Source: a virus (taxonomy: Duplodnaviria; Caudoviricetes). Taken from it: a DNA stretch of 64,000 nt. Positions within the stretch are counted from its first letter, which is position 1; each line of letters begins with the position of its first letter. The notes below the pieces were generated by a model, which was given only the letters and a program-made list of their open reading frames with translations, had not been told where the DNA came from and searched no databases. Position numbers and translations under genes: made by a program. The stretch covers positions 1,547 to 65,546 of IMG/VR virus record IMGVR_UViG_3300036952_000026. One strand, written 5' to 3'. This document shows positions 55,581 to 64,000 of this stretch, one piece after another.

Positions 55581-56453
55581 CTAGTAGCTGTAGCCCCAGT
55601 CGTAATCGGGACCATCGGGGAACACGTAGCCCGATGCGGGGATGGCAGCGACGACAACCGTCTCGCCAACCTCGAGCGTGATCGTTCCAGCAGGAACGGT
55701 GTCGCCACCGACCTGGTAGACCACACCAGTGACCGACGGGATGGTGATCTCGTGATCGACAGCGTCGTACGCCGGAACGGTCGGAGTCGCCACAGTGACG
55801 CCCGACTCGAACATGGCGATGATCTCCGCCGGCATGGGCAGACGGGGGTTGAGGCCCGCGGTGCCGTAGATGATGTCCTTGAACGCCGCGTAGACATCCG
55901 CATCGACGGTCCGAGAATCGACGGTGAGGGTGGCGCTGGGGTCGTAGTTCGGGACCGGCACCGGGGTGGTGGAGATCGCCCAACTCATGGCCATTGCCTC
56001 GGGGGAATCGTTCACCGTGGTACGAGCCCGCTCGGACGGAGCAGCCACGCAGTTGTACACCACATGGATCTTCTCGCCGGCCTTGTTGCCCTGGATGGCA
56101 TCGCCAACGAGGGATCGGTAAGCGAAGCCGAACTTCTTTCGCGTCTGCTGACCGACGGTAACGCCCTCGGTCGGAGCAGCCAGACCGTCGAACAACTCGA
56201 ACTCCTTGGGGAAGGAGAGCGCCTCGATGGTGGCCGCGAAGACCTCCGCCGAGATGAGGTTCAGGTACTGGATGTTGTCCGCGTACTGCGGGTTGGACTC
56301 TGCGCCAGTCGGCGACTCGGTAACGGTGGTGAGACCGTTCCAAGCAACGCCAGTGACGTAGTTTCCGTTGTTATCGGGGATGTAGAGGACCCCGTGATCG
56401 ACACCGGTCTCGTAGACCCGCTCATCGACCTGGTCCCACACGATCTTTGCCAT
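55581..56453 (-). CDS. major tail protein
   Basis: YETGVDHGVLY..AWNGLTTV.ESPTGAE..YADNIQY; C-terminal beta domain. Confidence 0.88.
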   Translation of the reverse strand: MAKIVWDQVDERVYETGVDHGVLYIPDNNGNYVTGVAWNGLTTVTESPTGAESNPQYADNIQYLNLISAEVFAATIEALSFPKEFELFDGLAAPTEGVTVGQQTRKKFGFAYRSLVGDAIQGNKAGEKIHVVYNCVAAPSERARTTVNDSPEAMAMSWAISTTPVPVPNYDPSATLTVDSRTVDADVYAAFKDIIYGTAGLNPRLPMPAEIIAMFESGVTVATPTVPAYDAVDHEITIPSVTGVVYQVGGDTVPAGTITLEVGETVVVAAIPASGYVFPDGPDYDWGYSY

Positions 56454-56468
56454 GTTGGATTGTTCTCC

Positions 56469-56777
56469 TTATGAAGGGAAGAGGTTGAAGACATGGTGGT
56501 TTAGCCCAGATGCTCTGTAGTGTCGACTGAACGAACACATAGGTAGGGCTGCCACTTTGTCGGGGATCGCGCTATCAGGATTTCGATCGATGATCGTCAC
56601 CAAGTACCGCTTATCAGATCTCCACGGAATGTTGTCCGCATGTTCGACGTCCACGTCATCCAGTTCGTACCGAATGCATGGGTACACCATCTTCTTGTCG
56701 ACGGGTGGTTGGAAGTAGACATTCTCGGTGCCAAGGATGTCTTCCAACATTGCGTGGAATTCAGCTCTTGGGACCAT
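56469..56777 (-). CDS. tail terminator
   Basis: VYFQPP..MVYPCIRY. Confidence 0.75.
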   Translation of the reverse strand: MVPRAEFHAMLEDILGTENVYFQPPVDKKMVYPCIRYELDDVDVEHADNIPWRSDKRYLVTIIDRNPDSAIPDKVAALPMCSFSRHYRASGLNHHVFNLFPS

Positions 56778-57084
56778 TGTACGTACCCCCCAGGATCAGA
56801 GTGAGACGAGGACTAATGAGTTCGGTCGAAACCACTTCCCAGAAATCCTCGCCCCACTCAACGAACCTGATCTCGTCGGAGTGTTGGATGGCATACTTAT
56901 CAGCACGAATGCTGACCGTTTTAGAGGCGTCGATGGTTCCTTCGATCTCTTCGTCAACCCGAATCGAGTTGCCGTTTCGAACGATATCACCTTTGTATGG
57001 CCTTTTGGTAATCACCTTTTCCCATACCCCAGGGGCGGTCAAAGTGCTTACTCCAAAGCCCACATTGCCACTGAAACGTGCCAT
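56761..57084 (-). CDS. head-tail adaptor / head closure protein
   Basis: MARFSG.VGF..APGVW..ISIRAD.YA..IRFVEW. Confidence 0.75.
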   Translation of the reverse strand: MARFSGNVGFGVSTLTAPGVWEKVITKRPYKGDIVRNGNSIRVDEEIEGTIDASKTVSIRADKYAIQHSDEIRFVEWGEDFWEVVSTELISPRLTLILGGTYNGPKS

Positions 57085-57102
57085 CGTTACCTCCTAAGGG
57101 TG

Positions 57103-59175
57103 TCAGACGGTGACGCCCGTGAAGACCCACTCGTCGTCATCGCTGGTCGCGAAGTAGTAGCCATCGGCTGCCACGGCGATGACCTTGAGACGCTCGCCCG
57201 GGTCGAGGGTGATGGTGCTGTTGCTGATCGTCGAACCGTCAGCGTCGTTCTTGAACGTGACGTTGGCCTGGAGCGGGACGGTGACCTTGCTGGTCGCCGG
57301 GTCGAAGGTCGGAGCAGTTGCGGTGATGAACGTGTCATCTCCGGCATTGCGGAAGACGATCGCCGACTTCAGCTTGGTGAGAGCGCCGCAGCAGCGGGTC
57401 TCGATGAGGTACTTCTGCTGGTTGAAGTCGATGTCGAACTGGTCGAACATCGTGACTTCGCCACCGCGGTTGGCACCGAAGGTGTAGTCCATGGGGTTGA
57501 CGAGCACCGCGATGATGTCGTCGTACTCCTCCATGATCTCGACTGCCACGATCTCGCGGACGCGCAGCTTGGAAGCCACTTCCTCGACAGAGCGATAGAG
57601 ATCGCGCCCGAGGGTGTCCTTGAGCAGGAGGAAGGCCGAGATGACCGACTCCGTGGTGTACATGGTGGGCTGACCGGTGCCCTTGTACATGACGCGGCCC
57701 TTGACGACGGCGTCGATGAACGCCTGCACGGACCCGGAGATGTTGACGTTCACGACCGAGGTGAAGAACTCGTTGTCCTTCGCGATCGGGCGGATGCAAT
57801 CCTCCTTGATCTTGTCGGGCGAGGTCACGTCACGGCCGTCACCGACAAGCGCGGCGCGAGCGATTTCCTCGTCCAGCATAACCCGCATCTCCATCTTCAG
57901 CCACGCAACGACGTCGAAGTCGGTGATATCGAGGATGTCGTCGCGGTCCAGCTTCTGCTTCTTGTAGATGGTGGTCGGTCCGGTAACTCGCTTGGCGACG
58001 TTGAAGAACTCTTCCTTCTTCTCGTTGCCCTTGATGTAACCCTTGGCACGAGCCTCGTCCTCCGTGATGTCCGCCCAGAGGTTCTTGATCTTGGAGAACG
58101 GGGTCTTGGTGCACTGGTCCATGAAGTTGGCCACCCATTCGGTGCGGCGCTTCAGGAACTGAGGGGTCTGATCGAGGTTGCGAGCATCCGGGAAGAGGAT
58201 GTCGATCTCGTCGATCCCGTGCTGGATGCAGTACGCGTCGACGGCGTCCTTCATCGAGCCAAGGCGCATCGCGTCGTGGAAGATCGCGTCCTTGGACTTC
58301 TTGGTGAGAACGTGCTTGGCCGTCGTCTCATCATCCTTCGGTTCGAACACGTTGGTGTGCTCGAGGGTGCTGTCCTTCGACATGTTGGTATCGCCTTCCT
58401 GGCTCTCGTTGGTATTGGTGTCGTCACCGGCGTCGCCGCCGTTTTCATCAACCGTGGGCTCTTCGTCCTCGGTCTCCTGATCGTCGGTGGACTGGGCGTC
58501 ATCAGCAGTGCCAGCGTCGTCGCCGATGGCGCTGTGCTGGGCTGAATCACCGGTGTCGGCAGTGCCGAGTTTCTCTTCGGCCTTCACGAGACGATCGAGG
58601 ACCGTGTAGAAGGCTTCTTGCTGCAGATCGTCCATGGTGTCGACAACCTGCTCGATGGTCTTCTCCCCCTCAGAAGCCGGAGCATCAGTCGATGCAGCAG
58701 CGTCCGCGGAGTGCTCGAGAACGATTTCGTCACCCGTGTAGATGATGGCTTCGCCTTCGACCTGTTCGATCCAGTCAGAGTGCTCGATCGTGACCGCGTC
58801 AATCATGGCACCAGGATTGGCACCGGCGATGACGAGGCTGAGCTCGCAGATCTTCCCGTGAAGGATGTTGTTCCCACGCTTGATCAGCTCGTTGGCGTAG
58901 ATCGAAAGCGCCTTGATGTCTCCGTGTTGAACGGCGGCCTTAGCGGCCTGAGCAGCGGGAGTGTCGTTGAAGAAGCCGTACGCGTACGTTCCTTCATCGC
59001 GTTCCATGAGGATCGCGTGCCCCAGAATTTCTGTTGGGGACTTGTGTCCGTGCTGGTAGACGAGGGTGACCTGATCTCCGTCCTGGCCCTTGAAGGCTCC
59101 AGGAAGAATCGTCACGCCGTCAGCGCACAGCAGATTGGCCTTGGTTGCCCAACCGCCGAAGTCTGCACCTTCCAT
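57103..59175 (-). CDS. prohead protease-major capsid fusion protein
   Basis: Protease motifs LVYQHGH..LSIYAN..ELSLVIAGANPGA; acidic linker; HK97-fold capsid region (FDIDFNQQKYLIETR). Confidence 0.88.
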   Translation of the reverse strand: MEGADFGGWATKANLLCADGVTILPGAFKGQDGDQVTLVYQHGHKSPTEILGHAILMERDEGTYAYGFFNDTPAAQAAKAAVQHGDIKALSIYANELIKRGNNILHGKICELSLVIAGANPGAMIDAVTIEHSDWIEQVEGEAIIYTGDEIVLEHSADAAASTDAPASEGEKTIEQVVDTMDDLQQEAFYTVLDRLVKAEEKLGTADTGDSAQHSAIGDDAGTADDAQSTDDQETEDEEPTVDENGGDAGDDTNTNESQEGDTNMSKDSTLEHTNVFEPKDDETTAKHVLTKKSKDAIFHDAMRLGSMKDAVDAYCIQHGIDEIDILFPDARNLDQTPQFLKRRTEWVANFMDQCTKTPFSKIKNLWADITEDEARAKGYIKGNEKKEEFFNVAKRVTGPTTIYKKQKLDRDDILDITDFDVVAWLKMEMRVMLDEEIARAALVGDGRDVTSPDKIKEDCIRPIAKDNEFFTSVVNVNISGSVQAFIDAVVKGRVMYKGTGQPTMYTTESVISAFLLLKDTLGRDLYRSVEEVASKLRVREIVAVEIMEEYDDIIAVLVNPMDYTFGANRGGEVTMFDQFDIDFNQQKYLIETRCCGALTKLKSAIVFRNAGDDTFITATAPTFDPATSKVTVPLQANVTFKNDADGSTISNSTITLDPGERLKVIAVAADGYYFATSDDDEWVFTGVTV

Positions 59176-59193
59176 TTTGATGGTTCCTTTCGG

Positions 59194-59766
59194 TTAACCC
59201 GTTGGTCGTTTGCTGACGAATTGAACGGCAGCCTTTCGTCTTGCTGTCTTGACAGACTTGAGAAGTTCTTCTCGCTTCTTCTCAATCTTCTTCTGAACAT
59301 CAGCAATTTGTGTCAGCAGCGCCGCTTCTGGGTGGAGCTTGTCGTACCGCTCCTTCGCTGCCTTAGCTGCCTTATCCTTTTCCGACTGCGACCTGGGCTT
59401 CTCCTTAGTGGCAGCAGACTTCGTCTGTCCGGCCTTGGGTTGCGGGTCGTCCTTTTGTGGGGTGGTGACACCACTTCGCTTCTTCGCTTCTTCAACCAAA
59501 CCCTTGAGTTCGTTTCGAAGCTTCTCGAGGCGAGCTTTCAAAGCCATAACCCGCTGATCAGCTGCCGCTTTGATTGCGGCGTTGCTTGGATGCTTGGTGG
59601 CAACCATCTTATGGGTTGGCTTTCGTGCCATTTGACCTGGTCGCCCTTGAGCTTGGCGAGGTTGTGGGGCTGGCGGGGCTTCCCCCGGCTTCCTACCCTT
59701 CAACTTGCGAGTCCGCATGTAGTACAGATGCGCTTGAACTGGGTCGTATTCATGGCGAATGTCCAT
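59194..59766 (-). CDS. basic hypothetical protein between portal and capsid (possible internal head protein)
   Basis: HEYDPVQAHLYYMRTRKLKGR N-terminus; K/A-rich coiled coils. Confidence 0.7.
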   Translation of the reverse strand: MDIRHEYDPVQAHLYYMRTRKLKGRKPGEAPPAPQPRQAQGRPGQMARKPTHKMVATKHPSNAAIKAAADQRVMALKARLEKLRNELKGLVEEAKKRSGVTTPQKDDPQPKAGQTKSAATKEKPRSQSEKDKAAKAAKERYDKLHPEAALLTQIADVQKKIEKKREELLKSVKTARRKAAVQFVSKRPTG

Positions 59767-59768
59767 CG

Positions 59769-61145
59769 CTAGACCCCCAAGCCCTCGAAGGTCTTTTCGA
59801 TGTCGCTCTCAACGGCATCGAACGCCGCGTTCATGATCGACATGGCTTCACCATCCGGGCTTTGTGCCGGTTGGGTCTGATCTGTTGCCGCTTCCTCTGT
59901 AGGAACTGGCGGGTTGGGCATCGGTGTGCCGTCCGCAGACAACGACATCCCCGAGGGGTTGATGTTGCTGTTCATGAGTTGATCGGCCTTCGGATCGGGA
60001 TGCGGCGCAAGCCCGAGGAACCTGTCTCGGATCTCGTTCGCGTCCATGATCTCGTTTCGGTTGAGCTTGTCGATGATGTCGGCCAGCTGAGAGAGCGGGA
60101 CGAGCTTGAACGGGTTCATGTAGTAACGAATCCGCTCGTGATCGAGAAGACCCTGATACCCAACAAACGAACGCATCATCGACTCGGTGATCGAGGTGAG
60201 AATGGGCTCAATGGTTCGGTTCAGGTAGTTCAGCATCGCCTTTTCATCGGCGGTGCCATCCATGATCTCTTCGGTCAAACCGAGCTGACCATACAGCATC
60301 TTCGTCAAGAACTGGATCTGCGCGAGCAGGTTGTTCTCTGCAGGACGGTTCAGCTGCACAATCTTCTCTGTTGCGTCCGCGAACGCGATGCCGTACTTAC
60401 TTCCGGTCATCTGTTGTTCGATTTCCGCCCTACGTCGTTCTGCTTGCTCTCGCTTGACGTCGGTACGAATTGTGTACGGAAGTTGAATGATCAGGTCGAG
60501 CTTTCCAGAACTTGACTGTTCGTCGACAACGTCCAGAAGGTTGAGCTTCCGAATGAGCCGATTCAGAGTCGAGTTTGGTCCATTCATCACGGTATAGAGA
60601 GGGTTGTCCGGGAGGGCAACCTTCGTCTTTTCGATGATGATCTCTTCTCGGCGAGCCTTTGCCTCGTTGTAGACGCTCACCTTGACGTGCTTCGGATACC
60701 AAGTGACTACACGACCCACACGAACGGTGAGGATTTCGGTCTTCCCCGTTTCAGGGTCGCGAACGGTGTCAACGGGCACAATGCAGGCCTGATCGCTGTC
60801 CAACATCGTCAACGCGATGTCTTGGCGGAACGCCCGTGGGCTTTGATCAAGGTTCGCTTCAAAGCTAAGGCAGCGGTTCAACCCGCTATCGACCTCGTCT
60901 TTGTACCGACCCTTGTCGTCTAGCCCCACGTGGCGAATATCGATTGACGCAACATCGATACTGATCCGAGTGAGAATCGAGGCGATGATCGATCTCTCGT
61001 TTGTCGCGTGCATGAGCGTGCGATCTGGTCGCGAGCCGTAACTCGCACCAATACCGGTAGGCTCTGGTGTGTAGACACCTGTTTCGTTTCCGAGAAAGGC
61101 GTTTACACGACGCTTGACATTATCCAAGATACCCAAATCAATCAC
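59769..61145 (-). CDS. portal protein
   Basis: LNRCLSFEANLDQ, GKLDLIIQLPY, QLNRPAENNL; follows the terminase. Confidence 0.9.
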   Translation of the reverse strand: MIDLGILDNVKRRVNAFLGNETGVYTPEPTGIGASYGSRPDRTLMHATNERSIIASILTRISIDVASIDIRHVGLDDKGRYKDEVDSGLNRCLSFEANLDQSPRAFRQDIALTMLDSDQACIVPVDTVRDPETGKTEILTVRVGRVVTWYPKHVKVSVYNEAKARREEIIIEKTKVALPDNPLYTVMNGPNSTLNRLIRKLNLLDVVDEQSSSGKLDLIIQLPYTIRTDVKREQAERRRAEIEQQMTGSKYGIAFADATEKIVQLNRPAENNLLAQIQFLTKMLYGQLGLTEEIMDGTADEKAMLNYLNRTIEPILTSITESMMRSFVGYQGLLDHERIRYYMNPFKLVPLSQLADIIDKLNRNEIMDANEIRDRFLGLAPHPDPKADQLMNSNINPSGMSLSADGTPMPNPPVPTEEAATDQTQPAQSPDGEAMSIMNAAFDAVESDIEKTFEGLGV

Positions 61146-61173
61146 CTCCTTTCGTCTAGTCGGTTATGGGGTG

Positions 61174-61740
61174 TCAGCTCTCGAGAGCTTCGAGACGCTC
61201 TTCGATCTCGTTGATGCGAGCTCCGTTGTAGAGAGTTCCCCACACGCGCCCTGCTCCGGTGTCGACGGAACCGAACATGAATCCGCCCTCACGTGCAAGC
61301 GAAGTCAGCTCGGTGACGTCCTCAGCATCGAGGGGGTCTTCGACGTTGGTTTCTCCGATGGCGTAGACCGCACCAACAACTGCGTCATCGACCGGAAGAT
61401 CCGAGATCCGCTTCATCCTCTGAGGTCCTTCGGTGTCTGGAGCACCGGTCTGGCCTTGGTAGAGACCGTTGCGGGACGCGGGACTCTGGTTGATGATCGC
61501 GATGGTCAGCGGATAGGGAAGGGGGTAGTCGCCACCCGTCAGCGCTTCGAAGGCGTCGTCGGTCAGATCCTGAGCCACGAGGACCATGGTGCTGAAGACC
61601 GTAGCCGTATCGGCCAGGAACGGGGTGCCGTCCTGCTTGAACAACGACACCTTCATAGGCGCGGTGTTTGGATCCATTACTTCCTGCGATACGACGACCG
61701 CTTGCGTGACTGACTGGCCTTGGCCAAGTGTGTCTGACAT
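61174..61740 (-). CDS. hypothetical protein between terminase and portal
   Basis: 188-aa ORF with AGGAG SD. Confidence 0.65.
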   Translation of the reverse strand: MSDTLGQGQSVTQAVVVSQEVMDPNTAPMKVSLFKQDGTPFLADTATVFSTMVLVAQDLTDDAFEALTGGDYPLPYPLTIAIINQSPASRNGLYQGQTGAPDTEGPQRMKRISDLPVDDAVVGAVYAIGETNVEDPLDAEDVTELTSLAREGGFMFGSVDTGAGRVWGTLYNGARINEIEERLEALES

Positions 61741-61752
61741 GAATTACTCCTA

Positions 61753-63510
61753 TTACTCGAACTCGTCTTTGTGCAGTTTCCAAGCGATAAACGCGTCCAT
61801 TAGAGCAGAGACGTTATCGATCTTCTCATCCGTACGCTTCTTACTGAGCTTACGGTTTCCATTCGTATCTTCCAGCGTGATGGAGTTACCCATTGCGAAA
61901 GACATCAGCGTTTCATCGAAGATCAACGCTCTTTGCTCGGCCAAGATCTTGAGTTCGCCCAGAGGGACCGACTCAGTCTTTGCTCCCTGAATCACCTTCT
62001 CAACCCCGAAGGGACCGTTCTCTTGCGTCCACCGCTCGACGAACTCCTTCGCATTGTAGGGGTCGAACCCAAATGCACGAACGTCAAACTCTTGTCCAAT
62101 GATGTAGTTGTCGAGATCGTCGTACACCTGCATCATGTCAAGAAGGTTGCCGGGCATGATGATGAGCGTTCCTTCTTGGATGAACTCATCATACTTTGCT
62201 CGCATTGCCCCAGGGAGTTTGTAGTGGGTTAGCTCTGTGATGTAACTTCGCGTCTTTACACCAAACTCCCCCGTTCGAAGCGGGAAGAGGAAAGTGAACG
62301 CGCAGAAGTCATCACCTTTCGATAGGTCTGCGCCCAACGCGCATGGTGCAGACCAGAATTCCCTCGGTGGATGAGGGATCGTTTCTTCGTACGTGAAGAA
62401 GTAAGTGAATCCCTCCATGGGGATCCCGAACCTCTTGGCTAGAATATCGTTGCGAGCGGCCGGCGCCTTCTCAGCACGCTCGACATCCAGCTGGTACGTT
62501 TCGTAGGTGACCGTGAGCCCGATGTTCGGGTTCGCCTTCGGCCACATCGCGGGGTTCGCCACCTCTTCGATTGCGTCGAGCTTGTAGTGCCAGATCGAGA
62601 TATGCGGGGCGTCATACTCGCCCTTCAAGATCTTAGCAAGCTCCATCTTCGCGGTATCGCCAGCACCGTTTCGAATTGTTCCCTCAGAGCTGATGGCCAC
62701 GATCAAGTAGTCATCGAGCTTTGAAGCGCCCTGTTCGATTGCGCCAACGACATCCTCTCGAATATCGCCAGACAACCACTCATCGATCGTGGAGAACTTA
62801 GGGCGAAGACCCTGCAGCTTGTTGATCGACATAGGGCGGATCTCGAGTAGAGACCCAGTCAGGAAGTTCTCGATGCCCTTCTTGGTGGGCACCAACTTCT
62901 GTCTCAGTGCTGAAGAACCAGCCGTGTTCCTAACCGACCCTTCGGTCAAGAATCGGAACAACGGGCCACGAGCACGAGTGATCGCGGTCCTAAACGGAGA
63001 CATCACCTCTTCCGCCTGCTTCATCGTAGGCGCAGTGGTGATCTGGTGTGTGGTTGACGTATCGATGTTCAGGAAGTACGCTTGGAGGCAATACGCGTAC
63101 ATCGACTTCGCCGCGCCGCGAGCAACGATCAGGTATTGCTTCGTGATCAATCGCTTTCGAATCGTCTTCTGGACATACTGACCCGGCTCTCCATTTTGAC
63201 CAGGTTGGTAAACCGTCCGCTCAATGAAATGATACCAACCGAAGATCTGCTCTGCCCACAGCTTGAAGCTTGGGAGCAGATGGAGATCCCCACCATCGGT
63301 CAGTGTCAATTCCGATTCGCAGTACTCTATGAACCCTTCAACCGGACGAGGGTCATAGTAGTAGTTTGGGTTGGCAATGAGGTCGTCGATGCGGTTCATC
63401 TCAAGAGAGACTTCTTGGTTGACAGGGATCTCTCTCCTGATAACGGCATCCCGGAACTCCCCATAGTACCTTGGGACCGCTTGATTTGCCAGCATCAACA
63501 ACTTCATCAC
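61753..63510 (-). CDS. terminase large subunit
   Basis: VARGAAKS Walker A, TIDEW Walker B, GADLSKGDDF and KIDNVSAL nuclease motifs. Confidence 0.95.
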   Translation of the reverse strand: MMKLLMLANQAVPRYYGEFRDAVIRREIPVNQEVSLEMNRIDDLIANPNYYYDPRPVEGFIEYCESELTLTDGGDLHLLPSFKLWAEQIFGWYHFIERTVYQPGQNGEPGQYVQKTIRKRLITKQYLIVARGAAKSMYAYCLQAYFLNIDTSTTHQITTAPTMKQAEEVMSPFRTAITRARGPLFRFLTEGSVRNTAGSSALRQKLVPTKKGIENFLTGSLLEIRPMSINKLQGLRPKFSTIDEWLSGDIREDVVGAIEQGASKLDDYLIVAISSEGTIRNGAGDTAKMELAKILKGEYDAPHISIWHYKLDAIEEVANPAMWPKANPNIGLTVTYETYQLDVERAEKAPAARNDILAKRFGIPMEGFTYFFTYEETIPHPPREFWSAPCALGADLSKGDDFCAFTFLFPLRTGEFGVKTRSYITELTHYKLPGAMRAKYDEFIQEGTLIIMPGNLLDMMQVYDDLDNYIIGQEFDVRAFGFDPYNAKEFVERWTQENGPFGVEKVIQGAKTESVPLGELKILAEQRALIFDETLMSFAMGNSITLEDTNGNRKLSKKRTDEKIDNVSALMDAFIAWKLHKDEFE

Positions 63511-63514
63511 CTCC

Positions 63515-63994
63515 TTACGGGCCCTTCGGCACTGCGATCAACACGTTAAAGATCTTCTTCGCGGCCTTTGAGTTTGCCTTCTTGGCTGCCTTCTTGATGG
63601 CCAGCTGTGCGACCGGCTGCTGAGTTGCCTTGAATGTCTTCTCGATCAACCCAAGAGTCTCGAGATGGTTCTCGATCTTCTTCTTACGACGAGCGCTCTT
63701 TGCGGGGTTGAGCTTCGCGTAGTTGGCTTCCAGTTGACGACGCTGATTGACGAAAGCAAGCTCCTCGTTACTGAGAGTGCTCACCTTCTTCTTCATCAGT
63801 TCTCGAGCACGCTGATGGTCTTGGTGCCTTTGAGTTTCTTCCTTCTTCGCGTTTGCTCGCTGCTCACGACTTCTACGAACGCCCCACTTCATGCCCTTGA
63901 CGCCGAAGTGCTGGAGGTAGTCATCGATAGCAGAATGCTCAACTTCGTCGGAGTCGTCTTCCGGGATCCCGTCAAGACGAAGGCTCTTGATCAA
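63515..63994 (-). CDS. HFGVKGMKWGVRR-motif protein (DUF7211-like, probable virion protein)
   Basis: YLQHFGVKGMKWGVRR; basic C-terminus; true start may lie near or beyond the window edge. Confidence 0.75.
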   Translation of the reverse strand: MIKSLRLDGIPEDDSDEVEHSAIDDYLQHFGVKGMKWGVRRSREQRANAKKEETQRHQDHQRARELMKKKVSTLSNEELAFVNQRRQLEANYAKLNPAKSARRKKKIENHLETLGLIEKTFKATQQPVAQLAIKKAAKKANSKAAKKIFNVLIAVPKGP

Positions 63995-64000
63995 ACCGTT

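Noticed and set aside
55018-56343. 441-aa ORF as a single gene or programmed frameshift product
   Set aside because: Its N-terminal part overlaps the major tail gene out of frame; the SD-supported start is 55560, and no convincing slippery site was identified

Overview
Almost the whole genome of a tailed dsDNA phage (siphovirus, HK97-type head), circularly permuted. Essentially every gene lies on the minus strand. The host is probably an actinobacterium (inferred from GC-rich codon usage and AGGAGGTGA-type Shine-Dalgarno sites). Read in transcription direction (right to left), the modules are: terminase, portal, protease-capsid fusion, tail and holin (64-45 kb); early/middle genes with a single-polypeptide helicase-primase-PolB replicase and SSB (44-32 kb); a phage tmRNA with a 44-codon tag (30859-31308); a roughly 0.9-kb densely structured ORF-free region, a candidate giant ncRNA, behind two basic proteins (25650-27155); 17 tandem one-gene cassettes, each with the same TCGCA-N5-TACA-N7-TAATGAG promoter-like motif and most next to a YACAA/C-loop hairpin (19.8-24.3 kb); thyX, an SF2 helicase, a candidate origin and nucleases; a 915-aa single-subunit double-psi-beta-barrel (DFDGD) RNA polymerase; then an endolysin, a putative small terminase and an HNH. 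No integrase, repressor, tRNA or CRISPR array was found. The most striking candidate system is a private transcription circuit (phage RNAP, 23 dedicated promoters, modular cassette array) plus two large phage RNAs. All protein calls come from motif recognition by eye; no database searches were run.
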